A stretch of 64,000 nucleotides of DNA from Candidatus Poribacteria bacterium (GCA_965208325.1 OZ242326.1:640001-704000); one strand, 5' to 3'; shown: positions 29,459 through 41,965, counted from the first letter of the stretch. Program-made: numbers and translations. Notes: generated from the letters alone by a model not told the origin.

Positions 29459-30862
29459 TTATCGTCTAACTGATGATTTCGCGCAAAGCTCATACACGAG
29501 TTGTTCGATAATTGATTCCGAATCCAATTGGCTGCTTTTGAGGTGGATATCCGCTTCAAGTACCTTTTCCATCGCTGTAGTTAACTCTTTAATTCCGAAG
29601 TAAGGACTTGACTGAATCACTTTATAAGCCGCATAAGGGTTTTGCTTGAAGAGGTTGAGTTGTGCAGATTGAGGCAGCAGATCTGCCAATTTCGCTGTCG
29701 GTGCCTTGAAAACCGTATCCACAAAACCTTGAAAATTCATCCGTACCACAGTTGACTTCAGGTTTCCGTTCTCAATAAGCAATTTTGCTTGAAGCATGAG
29801 CCGTATTTGTCGGGCAATTAATGCGTTAACCTTGATTGGAGGTTCACCGCTATTCAATACACTGTGCAAGCTGGACAATGCTTGGCTAGTCGATTTCTTC
29901 CCAATCGCATCCATCAGGGCAAAGATACTATCAAAGCTGCTGTTAACTACAAGGGTCTGGATATCCCTTTCGTCAATTTGTGTTTTCTCTCCAACAAAAG
30001 CGATGAGTTTATCAAGTTCTTCAAAAATTAACCCCATATCGTTGCTGGTGCGCTTTCGCAGGAGATGAAAGGCGCCCGGAGTCATCTTCTTACCAAACCC
30101 ATCAAGTTTTCGTTGGACCCCTTGAAACAGTTTATCCTCTCTCAGAGATTGCCCCGATTCCAACCGTGTGAATGAAACATGCCGCCCCACACGTTTTATC
30201 GCTTTTACAAGCCGGCTCCGCCCATCAACGCTGCCGCTATAGATAAATATGAGCACACAAGACTTGGGCAATTCACCTTCAAGCCATTCAATCAATAACT
30301 CAGCATCATTCGTGGCTTCCGGTATGACATGCAACTCATCAATCTGGGAGGCGGCTTGGGGTAAATCCTGAAATAATTCGAGGTCATCCGCGCTCAAGCT
30401 ATTCTTGTTTTGTTCAATGAAATGCTTCATCGCGCTCTCGAATTCGCTGCTTCGAACCGCGATTTCCGGTGCTGAAACCTCCAGCGCTTTGGCAATCAAC
30501 CCGATACCCTTACGAGAATCCACGTCGAACGCATCAATGGCTTTCCGTACCAAATCCAGTTGGGGCGGCGACTTCTGAGCGTTGAAAACGGCGGCTTCCC
30601 GCACGACCACGACCCGCCAATCCGACATCACAGGATAGACATCCGCTGCGCTCAAAATGTCTCGGGCTGAGGCCTCTAGTCCATCAAGAAGATTCAGGTT
30701 GAAATCGCGTGTCGTTGGTTCAAGGAGGCTTTCGAGCATTTGCTTGAGCGTGTTCTCAATTAGAAAACTCTCTTCTCCGCATAGCAGATAAACCGGATGG
30801 ATCTTCCCGCCCTCAATTTCCTTTAGGATGTTTGGTGTTGACTGTTGTGATTGCTGTTTCAT
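29459..30862 (-). CDS. holA: DNA polymerase III delta subunit (long form)
   Basis: PVYLLCGEE, DFNLNLLDG, RVVVVRE, ELDKL, IFALMDAI and DIHLKSS. Confidence 0.85.
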   Translation of the reverse strand: MKQQSQQSTPNILKEIEGGKIHPVYLLCGEESFLIENTLKQMLESLLEPTTRDFNLNLLDGLEASARDILSAADVYPVMSDWRVVVVREAAVFNAQKSPPQLDLVRKAIDAFDVDSRKGIGLIAKALEVSAPEIAVRSSEFESAMKHFIEQNKNSLSADDLELFQDLPQAASQIDELHVIPEATNDAELLIEWLEGELPKSCVLIFIYSGSVDGRSRLVKAIKRVGRHVSFTRLESGQSLREDKLFQGVQRKLDGFGKKMTPGAFHLLRKRTSNDMGLIFEELDKLIAFVGEKTQIDERDIQTLVVNSSFDSIFALMDAIGKKSTSQALSSLHSVLNSGEPPIKVNALIARQIRLMLQAKLLIENGNLKSTVVRMNFQGFVDTVFKAPTAKLADLLPQSAQLNLFKQNPYAAYKVIQSSPYFGIKELTTAMEKVLEADIHLKSSQLDSESIIEQLVYELCAKSSVRR

Positions 30863-31128
30863 AATAACACTGGCTCATGCAAGAAAATTTTGAGCATACT
30901 TACAAAAACATGTGCTTTTACGGCGCACCATAAAGACTAGAGTGCGTTGAGAATGTCGCGTTGCAAATGCAACAAACGACCGACTAATGTGCCAAATACC
31001 CAAGTTGGGCGAGACATCCAATCCATAAGGGCAGCCACGAGGGTAGCCTTTATGTAGGGACAGGTCTTGCGCCCGGCAATAAACTCTCGGATCATAGATG
31101 GTTCAATTTGTCAAAAAGTCAACGGTAC

Positions 31129-32166
31129 TTAGTGGGTCGGCACCTCAACAATTCCCAGTAACCGATCGATGATATCAAGGCTCGTGATGCCATCAGCTTC
31201 GGCGTTAAAATTTGTTAAAATGCGGTGCCGCAAAACAGGTTTAGCAACGGATTTTATATCGTCTTGAGAGACATGATAACGGCCGTGCATGATTGCCCGT
31301 GCTTTTGCGCCTAACACGAGAAATTGGGACGCTCTCGGTCCTGAACCCCAGTTCACCCAATCTTTAATAAAATCGGGTGCATCGGGATTATTTGGACGCG
31401 AAACACGGCTCAATGCAACTGCGTATTCAACCATAGATTCCGCAATTGGCACTTTTCTCACGATTTTTTGCAGCCGCAAAATTTCCTCGCCCGAGATAAC
31501 CGGTTGCAACGACGGGTCATAAGCAGAAGTTGTTGTCATGACAATCTGCTTTTCAGCGGCGGAATCCGGATAGTCAATGTAAATATTGAACATAAACCTA
31601 TCCAACTGGGCTTCCGGTAATGGATAGGTGCCTTCCTGTTCAATCGGGTTTTGGGTTGCAAGTACGAAAAAGGGCAAGTCTAGCGGATAGGTCACGCCGC
31701 CTGCCGAAACTTTGTACTCCTGCATGGACTGCAATAGCGCCGCTTGCGTCTTGGGCGGTGTACGGTTAATTTCGTCAGCAAGAAGAATGTTTGAAAAAAC
31801 AGGACCCTTGATGAATCTGAAAAACCGGCTGCCTTTATCCGTGTCCTCCTGAATAATGTCTGTTCCAATGATATCCGACGGCATGAGATCCGGCGTGAAC
31901 TGAATGCGGTTAAACTGAAGGTCCAAAATCTCGGCGAGGCTGTTAATGAGAAGCGTTTTGGCGAGTCCGGGTACGCCAACTAACAGACAATGCCCCTGGG
32001 AAAAAAGAGCTATCAATAACTCATCAATTACCTCTTCCTGGCCGACAATCCGTTTTTTGAATTCACTCAATATGGATTCCCGCGCCTTTCTCAAGAACGC
32101 CGCCGCTTCTAAATTTGCATCTGGTACGTCTTGAGTGTTAGATGTATTCAAATAATTGTGCTCCAT
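31129..32166 (-). CDS. moxR: MoxR family AAA+ ATPase
   Basis: [34 protein letters not shown] and [22 protein letters not shown]. Confidence 0.95.
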   Translation of the reverse strand: MEHNYLNTSNTQDVPDANLEAAAFLRKARESILSEFKKRIVGQEEVIDELLIALFSQGHCLLVGVPGLAKTLLINSLAEILDLQFNRIQFTPDLMPSDIIGTDIIQEDTDKGSRFFRFIKGPVFSNILLADEINRTPPKTQAALLQSMQEYKVSAGGVTYPLDLPFFVLATQNPIEQEGTYPLPEAQLDRFMFNIYIDYPDSAAEKQIVMTTTSAYDPSLQPVISGEEILRLQKIVRKVPIAESMVEYAVALSRVSRPNNPDAPDFIKDWVNWGSGPRASQFLVLGAKARAIMHGRYHVSQDDIKSVAKPVLRHRILTNFNAEADGITSLDIIDRLLGIVEVPTH

Positions 32167-32557
32167 TGAATGACCGGCTTGTGATGTCTTGCTGTGTTCA
32201 TCGCAGAATAGTCAAGGCAAATCTCTACGCAAGACGCGTAGATAAGGAGATTTCTCTCCGGCTTCTTTATGTTGTTTTGCTATTCGGTAAATCACAACTT
32301 AATAAAAATCGAAATTACTCTTACCTGATACCTACTGGAAGGTTTCTCTAACGAAACAAATTTTGGAGCGCCTTGAAAATGCTAGGATTAGATATATCGA
32401 AAGGCTTCATTTGAAATGGAATAATAATGGAAGGGAATGTAAGAAACTAATGAGGTGGGCAACAATCACCAAATCCAACTACGTTCATTAGGCTGCTGCG
32501 AATAATTTGAAACTTCGGGGTGACTGTTGCCAACCTAAGGGGGCAATGCTAGCTAAA

Positions 32558-32842
32558 TTAGGAACAAGCGTCCTTCAGTCCTTTGCCGGCCTTGAAACGC
32601 GGCACTGTTTTTTCCGGAATGTCAATTATCTCGTCTCGATTTCGAGGATTGCGGCCTTGGCGGGGGGCTCTGGTTGCAACATCGAAGGTGCCGAAGCCAA
32701 TCAGCCCAACGGAATCCCCATTTGATAGGGCATTTTGAATTGCTTCCAAAGCAGCATCAACGGCTGTAGTCGCATCCCTTTTGCTTAATCCGGTACTTTC
32801 TGCAACGCTGCTCGCAACATCTTGCTTTGATAATCTAGCCAT
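32558..32842 (-). CDS. hup: HU DNA-binding protein
   Basis: LIGFGTF, RQGRNPR and PRFKAGKGLKD; ATG 32842 after AGGAG. Confidence 0.93.
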   Translation of the reverse strand: MARLSKQDVASSVAESTGLSKRDATTAVDAALEAIQNALSNGDSVGLIGFGTFDVATRAPRQGRNPRNRDEIIDIPEKTVPRFKAGKGLKDACS

Positions 32843-32910
32843 ATGAGCATCTCCTGTGAAATTTGAGTTAAAAATAATCAAAAATCTTCAGTAATGACTG
32901 AATTTCGCCC

Positions 32911-32939
32911 ATTATACTGTGAATCAAATTTCCTGTCAA
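32911..32939 (-). promoter_or_regulatory. Consensus sigma70 promoter for hup
   Basis: Minus strand TTGACA-17 nt-TATAAT. Confidence 0.8.
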
Positions 32940-33103
32940 GAAAAAACACAATGATGATTCGGCTTAACAACCGTTTAAGAAAAAAAACGTAGAAACCGTG
33001 GAATTTTTGTTGACTGGATACCAGAAAACGGGTAAAATGACGCCCTGATGCATCTAGGTTAAAGACGGCAATACTGTTCACTGAAGAGGCAATAGAGACC
33101 ACT

Positions 33104-33946
33104 ATGATGATTGGTGCTCACGTTTCCACCGCAGGCGGCATACACAATGCGATTTCCAATGGAACAGACTTAGGGTGCGACTCTATCCAAATCTTCCTTA
33201 AAAACCCGAACCAGTGGGCTGGCAAGTCACCTTCCGAAAGCGACATAGACCAGTTTATCGAGCGCTGGCGGGAATCTCCCATCCAAGAGATATTGATTCA
33301 CGACATCCATCTCACCAACCTCGCCTCCCCAAAGAAGGATGTGCTTGAAAATTCGCGCGAACAGTTCAATGTACAAATGCAACTCGCGGCTCGCCTCAAT
33401 ATCCGATACATCGTGACACATCTTGGCGCGCACCTTGACTCGGGCGAAACCGAAGGATTGCAGGTGTTAAGCGATAGCCTCAATTTAGCGCTGGAACAAA
33501 TCACCGGCGGAGACGTAGAAATCTTGTTGGAAACCACGGCCGGGCAAGGGACTAATCTAGGCTACTGTTTTGAACATTTGCGTCAGATTATCGATATGTC
33601 TGAAAATCCAGAAAGGATGGGGGTCTGCTTCGATACGTGCCACGTCTTTGCAGCCGGCTACAACCTGTGTACGGACGCCGACTATGATGAGACATTCGAA
33701 CGCTTTGACCAGATTATCGGCTTGGATCGGTTGGTTGCATTCCACCTCAACGACGCCAAATCGGCGTTTAACAGCCGTGTGGATCGCCACGATCACATCG
33801 GCGAAGGAAATCTCGGAATTCCTCCCTTTCAACGCCTCGTAAACGACCCTCGATTTGAGCACACCCCCGCAATTATCGAAACGCCCAAGATGAAAGAGAT
33901 GCACGCAACCAATCTTGCAGTGTTGAGGGATTTAGTAGCGGGTTGA
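33104..33946 (+). CDS. nfo: Endonuclease IV
   Basis: IGAHVS, LLETTAGQGT, CFDTCHVFAAGY, HLNDAK, DRHDHIGEG and IETP. Confidence 0.95.
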   Translation: MMIGAHVSTAGGIHNAISNGTDLGCDSIQIFLKNPNQWAGKSPSESDIDQFIERWRESPIQEILIHDIHLTNLASPKKDVLENSREQFNVQMQLAARLNIRYIVTHLGAHLDSGETEGLQVLSDSLNLALEQITGGDVEILLETTAGQGTNLGYCFEHLRQIIDMSENPERMGVCFDTCHVFAAGYNLCTDADYDETFERFDQIIGLDRLVAFHLNDAKSAFNSRVDRHDHIGEGNLGIPPFQRLVNDPRFEHTPAIIETPKMKEMHATNLAVLRDLVAG

Positions 33947-33957
33947 AAGGGTTGAGC

Positions 33958-34143
33958 ATGTCCATCGGGTTCTGGGAAGTCGCAATCTTACTTACGGTTT
34001 TTCTAGGCATCGTATTAATTTCTCGCTATCAAACCAAGCGCATTTGCCGACAGTGCGGCTTTGCCATCCGCTCTTATACCTCCCATTGTCCGGAATGCGG
34101 GATGGTGTTTCCCAGGAAGAAAAGGCTGCAGGAGCGTGGATGA
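33958..34143 (+). CDS. Small membrane protein with zinc-ribbon motif
   Basis: TM helix then CRQC..CPECG; stop overlaps the next ATG (ATGA). Confidence 0.6.
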   Translation: MSIGFWEVAILLTVFLGIVLISRYQTKRICRQCGFAIRSYTSHCPECGMVFPRKKRLQERG

Positions 34144-34901
34144 GAATTACGTTTCTAGGAACGGGCACATCGCACGGTGTGCCAGTGATTGCATGCCGTT
34201 GCAGCGTATGCACATCAACTGACACGAAAAATCAACGCACTCGACCTTCCATCGTCATCACGCTCAACGGTAAAAACATCCTGGTTGACACCTCACCTGA
34301 ACTTCGAATCCAAGCACTCCGCTGCGGGGTAGAACGTGTCGACGCTATCTTATTCACGCACACCCACGCGGATCATCTGCACGGGCTTGATGACGTCCGT
34401 GCATTTACGGCGTTGCAAGACTCAGCCATCCCTTGTTACGGCAGCCCCCAAACGCTCGAGCGCATTCGTACTGTCTTTCATTACGCGTTCAAATTTCAGC
34501 ATCTCGGCGTCCTTATCCCGCAAATAGAATTGGTGCAAATTGAAGGAAAGTTCCAGCTATTTGGCGTTGAGGTGATTCCACTCGTTCTGCTGCATGGGAA
34601 GGCGGAGGTACTAGGGTTTCGTATTGGCAATTTTGCGTATGCAACAGATTGCAACCATATTCCGCCCGAGTCCATGGAACTGATGCGTGGTCTCGACCTT
34701 CTAGTGCTCGACGCACTGCGCTGGTCACCGCCTAACCCCACGCATTTCACCATTCCGGAGTCATTAGATATCGTAGAGCAGCTCAGACCGAAACGAACCT
34801 ACTTCGTTCACATGAGCCACGATGTCGAACATCACGATACTAATTCGAAACTTCCTGAAGGTGTTGAACTCGCTTACGACGGGTTGATTGTGGAAGTCTA
34901 A
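34140..34901 (+). CDS. MBL-fold metallo-hydrolase (PhnP-like)
   Basis: FLGTGTSHGVP, CRCSVC, THTHADHLHG, YATD and LAYDGL. Confidence 0.92.
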   Translation: MRITFLGTGTSHGVPVIACRCSVCTSTDTKNQRTRPSIVITLNGKNILVDTSPELRIQALRCGVERVDAILFTHTHADHLHGLDDVRAFTALQDSAIPCYGSPQTLERIRTVFHYAFKFQHLGVLIPQIELVQIEGKFQLFGVEVIPLVLLHGKAEVLGFRIGNFAYATDCNHIPPESMELMRGLDLLVLDALRWSPPNPTHFTIPESLDIVEQLRPKRTYFVHMSHDVEHHDTNSKLPEGVELAYDGLIVEV

Positions 34902-34936
34902 TAGCCTTTAGTTATTGAAACCATCAATTTTGCATG

Positions 34937-37377
<2,441 letters not shown>

Positions 37378-37999
37378 TTATATTGTTTTCCAACCTATTC
37401 TTCGAGTTACACTCACCAATATAACGGAGTAATCTTCAAAACCTCTCGCCGATTGCACTCAATGGTACAACGGTAAAGAAAATTTCCGGCATCACTATAT
37501 AAACCGAACTTCTGTTAGTCATAAGATTCAATAATTCAAATCAATGGTTCCAAACGCCAAACCCTAACTCCTTCACAACGAAAAACGAAGGGTGTTGGGC
37601 AACACGAAAACATTGCAAGTTTCAGAAAGCAACAACCACCAAAATCCATATTCCCAAAGACCGCTGTTTCGGTGAGTTGTCCTTTTCACAGTTTCAATTA
37701 TCTCGCTTTATTTTTCAGTATTATAACATAATCAGGCAATTTTGTGCACGCGGTTCTACGGGTGAAACCGTCTCGGCGATTGACCGCAACCATCGTCTTG
37801 GTTTGACAGCTTGCTGGGCAACGACTCGCACAACTAGAATTCAAATTTAGCGTATGTTATGTTAGATTTATTGCGTGTGATACTGCACTAGTTTTATCGG
37901 AATTAGAATGATTTGTAAAACTGACCATACTGGAAGTGTTGGCATAGTCGGACACCCCAATCAACCGTCTAGTTTTTGGGGAAATTTCACCAAATCAGA

Positions 38000-38953
38000 T
38001 TAATGTCTGAGTATCTTCTTACGATGCCAAGCCATAGCATCTTGTGCGGGGTAAAGATGTGCTCTGACCGGCAGTAGAATTGGTTTATCTTTGAGTTCGG
38101 AAAGCCTCTGCCCTGTTGGACCTCGATCTGTCATCAGATCGGAAACAACGATTTTATGGGTCTCACCTAACGAAAACAACCCTTTATCGAACGCCCAGTG
38201 ATGAAGTTTGCAGAAGGAAATGCCATTCCGAACATCATCATTCTTGGATATACGAAACGGAACGATGTGGGCTGCGTCCGTGGCGCTTTCACCGTCCATA
38301 GTGAGGATACGCAACTCGCATGCCGCACAAGTATAATCATACAATCGCATAATGGCTTGCCGGAAACCCGCGCTACGAATCTTTGAGTCTATTTGACTAG
38401 GTTTTTCCAGTTTCTTGGTTGAAAACGGGAGTTCAATGTGGTCAATAAGAGATTTTCCGTACGCTCCAATATGTTGAGTCTCAGTAATAAGACGTTCAAT
38501 CGATTCTTTACACTCTGAGAAATAGGTGTGGATAATCGTCTGGCGAATAGTCTCTCTATCACGGGCATCAGTGAGTAAAAGAAATAGGTCTTGCTCTAAA
38601 CTCGCGTTGGCAACGATTTCGCGAAGCCGAGAGACACTTTTGATTTGGGTCGCGACCTTTAACGCCGTTTCGTACCCTGAGTTTGGGTGCAGGTGCCAAA
38701 ATCCTTCGCTTTTCAAGTGGAAAAATGGCATGGCAAGATCAGGCTTCCGACGGGTTACTTTTGGCCAATATCTCAGGAAAATCTCCGCCAACTCTGGGGA
38801 GACAGGGATACTATTTTCAGTAACCTGCCCACCCTCAATCAGTTCGATGACCGCCAACATTAGGATTGGCTTGTGCGGCGCGGGACCACGTGCCTTGTCT
38901 ATATTCAAGCGTCTCATCTTGCGGACATATTTGTGAAGGATTTCGGTGGACAT
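38000..38953 (-). CDS. HNH endonuclease with N-terminal SBD-like domain (putative phosphorothioate-dependent type IV restriction nuclease)
   Basis: APHKPILMLAVI and PFFHLKSEGFW (N-domain); CAAC, AAHIVP and NGISFCKLHHWAFDKG (HNH). Confidence 0.8.
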   Translation of the reverse strand: MSTEILHKYVRKMRRLNIDKARGPAPHKPILMLAVIELIEGGQVTENSIPVSPELAEIFLRYWPKVTRRKPDLAMPFFHLKSEGFWHLHPNSGYETALKVATQIKSVSRLREIVANASLEQDLFLLLTDARDRETIRQTIIHTYFSECKESIERLITETQHIGAYGKSLIDHIELPFSTKKLEKPSQIDSKIRSAGFRQAIMRLYDYTCAACELRILTMDGESATDAAHIVPFRISKNDDVRNGISFCKLHHWAFDKGLFSLGETHKIVVSDLMTDRGPTGQRLSELKDKPILLPVRAHLYPAQDAMAWHRKKILRH

Positions 38954-39331
38954 ATTATATTTGTGGCAATTTAGTCATGGTTTTAGGGACATTAGCGAAG
39001 AGTCCGAATCTGCATCCGAGAAATGCTACTCTGGGGATTCCCTTTAGATAACCTACGATTGATCCTCTCGAATGACCAAACAATGTAATATTCGTCCGGT
39101 AGAAAAAACCTAACGGAAAGCAAACCGTCCATATGGCAATCGAGATTGCTTTAATACTTGCTCTAAATAGTTTACCACATTCGATAAATGGACAGTCACT
39201 TTTTTGCAAAGGTGTCATTAAATGGCTAAACACAGGGGCTGTCGAATAAATTTGGCCGTTGGATTCTAATAGCTGCGGAGGACTTGAATCGGAGGTGCCG
39301 GGATTCGCAGCACGCCGTAGAAAGACCAATG

Positions 39332-39358
39332 TCCATTATGCTATACTAGCATAATGGA
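39332..39358. promoter_or_regulatory. Perfect 12-bp inverted repeat, operator-like, between divergent genes
   Basis: TCCATTATGCTA-TAC-TAGCATAATGGA, overlapping a TGnTATACT extended -10-like motif. Confidence 0.55.
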
Positions 39359-39486
39359 GTTGTGAAGCAGTCATATGTAGGCAAAAAAAAAATAGGAGGC
39401 TATTTTGGGTTAAATTGTGCCAAATCGTTGACCGAAAATTTTACGTTTAAATTTTCGCGTACGTTTCAGACCGGAGGCACTAATTC

Positions 39487-39924
39487 TTGACGTCATGGGA
39501 TGAGTTGTTCGCTGATGAAAAATGTTGTGAGCTGATCCCTGAGACCGCAGTCTATCGGTTTTGCAGTATGGTGGAGGGTGCATTTGAGGAACGACCGCTG
39601 AGGTTCTGGAATCTCAGCTGCGGTGTGGGCAGACACTCCGTGGCGCTAGCCCGGCTCGGTCATGATGTCTACGCAATTGATGACGCACAGTGCGCAGTTG
39701 ATTTGGCAAAACAACGGTTGGCGGACATGACAGAATGCACCCCGCAGCCTCGCTATTTTCACGGCGTGGTCAGTTGGAACGTTTTGCACCACAACAGAAT
39801 TGCAGCCATTCGCGAGGCTGTATCGCACATTTATGAATCGCTGATTCCCGGCGGGATGTTGATTGTCACTCTCAAATCGGACAAAGCTGAATATGCCGGA
39901 CAGGGGAGTAGCTCTTGTAGGTAG
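39487..39924 (+). pseudogene. Degenerate, truncated class I SAM-dependent methyltransferase
   Basis: NLSCGVGRHS (eroded DLGCGxGRH), VYAID and LIPGGMLIV; short; its stop lies inside a REP end (GTAGGTAG). Confidence 0.55.
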
Positions 39925-40112
39925 GGTAAAGCGGGTTGAATGAAAAATGTGATTTTTGCGGCATGAGTATAGTTTGTAGATTGAGTTCGAGATTAGTTTG
40001 TGTGGAGCGAAACCCAACCTACAAGAGTTAATGCTTCGTTTTAAAAACCGAGTTGTGAAGAAAAAACTCGGTTTTAAATGAAGGTTGCGATTTGGAAATC
40101 GGTCCTACCGAG
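39917..40112. repeat. ~105-bp REPIN/MITE-like element plus two further palindromic modules
   Basis: GTAGGTAGGG..GGCATGAGTATAGTTTGTAGATTGAGTTCGAGAT..CCCAACCTAC; AAACCGAGTT..AACTCGGTTT; GCGATTTGGAAATCGGTCCTAC. Confidence 0.88.
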
Positions 40113-40789
40113 GGCAATTTGATTAGCTGCGATAAGGAGGCGATTCTGTAACCGGTGTACCCGGTATATCTGTTTCTTCGATCGATTAGAACTGCCTTAA
40201 TTCCTGCTCGCTCCGCTCCGTGAATGTCGTCTTCAATTGAGTCGCCGACCATCAATACTTCAGAGTTGGCAGCGCCAAGATCGCTTAAAACATACTCAAA
40301 TGCCTCGCGGTTGGGTTTGAAGAAACCAATCTCCTCCCCGATGTAGATGTTTTGAATATATCGGGATAATCCAACAGTCTTAAATTTGGCTCTTTGACTA
40401 TCGGATGGGCCGTTCGTTAGTATGACTGCTTCAATTTCCTTTTCTCCTAAAATCTTTAACATAGGAATTGCATCCGCGAATAGCTCTATCTTTTGCGTGA
40501 TTTCCTGGATGTAAGTATGATTCAATTCCGAGGTGAGTTCGCAAATCCTCCCGTGAGTGCCTTTTAGGACATCGGCAAACCGGTGAAATCTGTATTGCTC
40601 TCTGGTAATAGTCTTGTCGGCGAACTGACGGAATAGCGCAGGCGCTACGCGGTTGAATCGATTCCAAAATGCGTTTAAGTCTAGCGCATGCGTTTGCAAG
40701 ACCTCGTTTATGCGGGACTTTGCATTTCCTTCGGCACTCTGAAAATCGAACAGCGTATCATCTGCATCGAAAATTATGTATTTGATCAT
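40028..40789 (-). CDS. HAD-superfamily hydrolase (YjjG-like)
   Basis: IFDADDTL, LTNG, KP and MVGDSIEDDIHGA. Confidence 0.9.
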   Translation of the reverse strand: MIKYIIFDADDTLFDFQSAEGNAKSRINEVLQTHALDLNAFWNRFNRVAPALFRQFADKTITREQYRFHRFADVLKGTHGRICELTSELNHTYIQEITQKIELFADAIPMLKILGEKEIEAVILTNGPSDSQRAKFKTVGLSRYIQNIYIGEEIGFFKPNREAFEYVLSDLGAANSEVLMVGDSIEDDIHGAERAGIKAVLIDRRNRYTGYTGYRIASLSQLIKLPSVGPISKSQPSFKTEFFLHNSVFKTKH

Positions 40790-40799
40790 ATCCGCGACG

Positions 40800-41400
40800 T
40801 CAAGAAACCAAGTTTTGAAGAAAAAAACTTGGTTACAAAAATTCTAAAGGAAGGAAAGTAGGCAAGCGCTGTGTGCTCTAAATCGTAAATTAAGCTTTGA
40901 AGCCCGATGACAGCATCGGGACTGGTTTTTGTAGGTTGGGTTAAGCGGGTTTGAGGAGAAATGTGAGCTATGCGGCATGAGTATAGTTTGTAGATTGAGT
41001 TCGAGATGTGTGTGTGATGCGATACCCAAGGATCGAACAGCAGGATATGGCGTGCGATAGTTTAAGTGACAGTGAAGACTATCGCCTTCGCTATTCGCTC
41101 AGTTGATCGTTGGGTTACGCTCCGTTTTTTTCCGAACCAAGTCCTACGGGAATCGGTACGAATCTTTTCGCATGACTGCTATTGGGATTACCCGCTTAAC
41201 CCAACCTACGAGATCTGAAAACGGCACACGGAGTGTGCCTACTACTTTAACGCGGCTGGAAGCCGCTCCCACAGGAAGTGTGTTGAGGTGAAGGTTATGG
41301 GAAGACTATCGCCCTCGCTATTCACTCGGTTGATCCCACCCTATTCAGTCGGTTGATCCCTCGCTATCCGCTCGGTTGATCGCTCTACCCAACCTACAAG
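40800..41400. repeat. Composite REP cluster
   Basis: AAACCAAGTTTT..AAAACTTGGTT; GTAGGTTGGG element; inverted pair of the GATC module; CGGCACACGGAGTGTGCCTACTAC; CGCGGCTGGAAGCCGCTCCCACA; 23-bp triplication. Confidence 0.9.
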
Positions 41401-41411
41401 AACTTGTTATC

Positions 41412-41930
41412 TTAATCGAGTGAGGGTTCGAATCCCGGTGAATCGTGCATTAGGGCGTCAACGCTATCGGCGGCGCTTTGCAATTCACGCCGAACTCTGA
41501 AGTTCAATTCCCACAACGCGCATTTGTTACTATCCCAATGCAGTAATTCCATGGCACGGGTATAATCCAGCCATTTATACTCCGAATGTTCATAGGATAG
41601 TTGCAACTGTTCCTCTTTGACCTTGACCCCAAAGCAATATTCGGGAATAACCAAGACATCGCTGCCCCATCTGAAGCCGCAAACGTTTACCACGGGAACC
41701 ATCGCGAACGAATCGAGTTTTAGGAATTCATTACTTGGGTCAATGCCAGCCTCTTCGTGAGTCTCCCGTTTTGCGGATTCCAATGGAGATTCACCGTTTT
41801 CTCCACCACCGGCAATTCCCTGCCAATAACCGCCTGTCGAGGATTCGCGCCTAAAGAGCGCGTAATGAATCGTGTTGTCCGGCGCGATTCTGTAAGGAAG
41901 TACTAGGACTTGAAAAGGCGCGCGGCTCAT
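41412..41930 (-). CDS. NUDIX hydrolase (NudB-like)
   Basis: WQGIAGGGENGESPLESAKRETHEEAGI Nudix box; LSYEHSEYKW; ATG 41930 after GGAG. Confidence 0.9.
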   Translation of the reverse strand: MSRAPFQVLVLPYRIAPDNTIHYALFRRESSTGGYWQGIAGGGENGESPLESAKRETHEEAGIDPSNEFLKLDSFAMVPVVNVCGFRWGSDVLVIPEYCFGVKVKEEQLQLSYEHSEYKWLDYTRAMELLHWDSNKCALWELNFRVRRELQSAADSVDALMHDSPGFEPSLD

Positions 41931-41965
41931 ACTTTTTCTCCATGTTTTGTTAGATATTGAAGAGG

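Noticed and set aside
17522..32166. MoxR and VWA/BatA genes as a single operon
   Set aside because: About 12 kb apart on opposite strands with unrelated genes between; functional pairing is possible but not shown here
41420..41442. GAGGGTTCGAATCCC resembling a tRNA T-arm
   Set aside because: No acceptor stem, D arm or anticodon arm; lies within the NUDIX 3' end on the opposite strand
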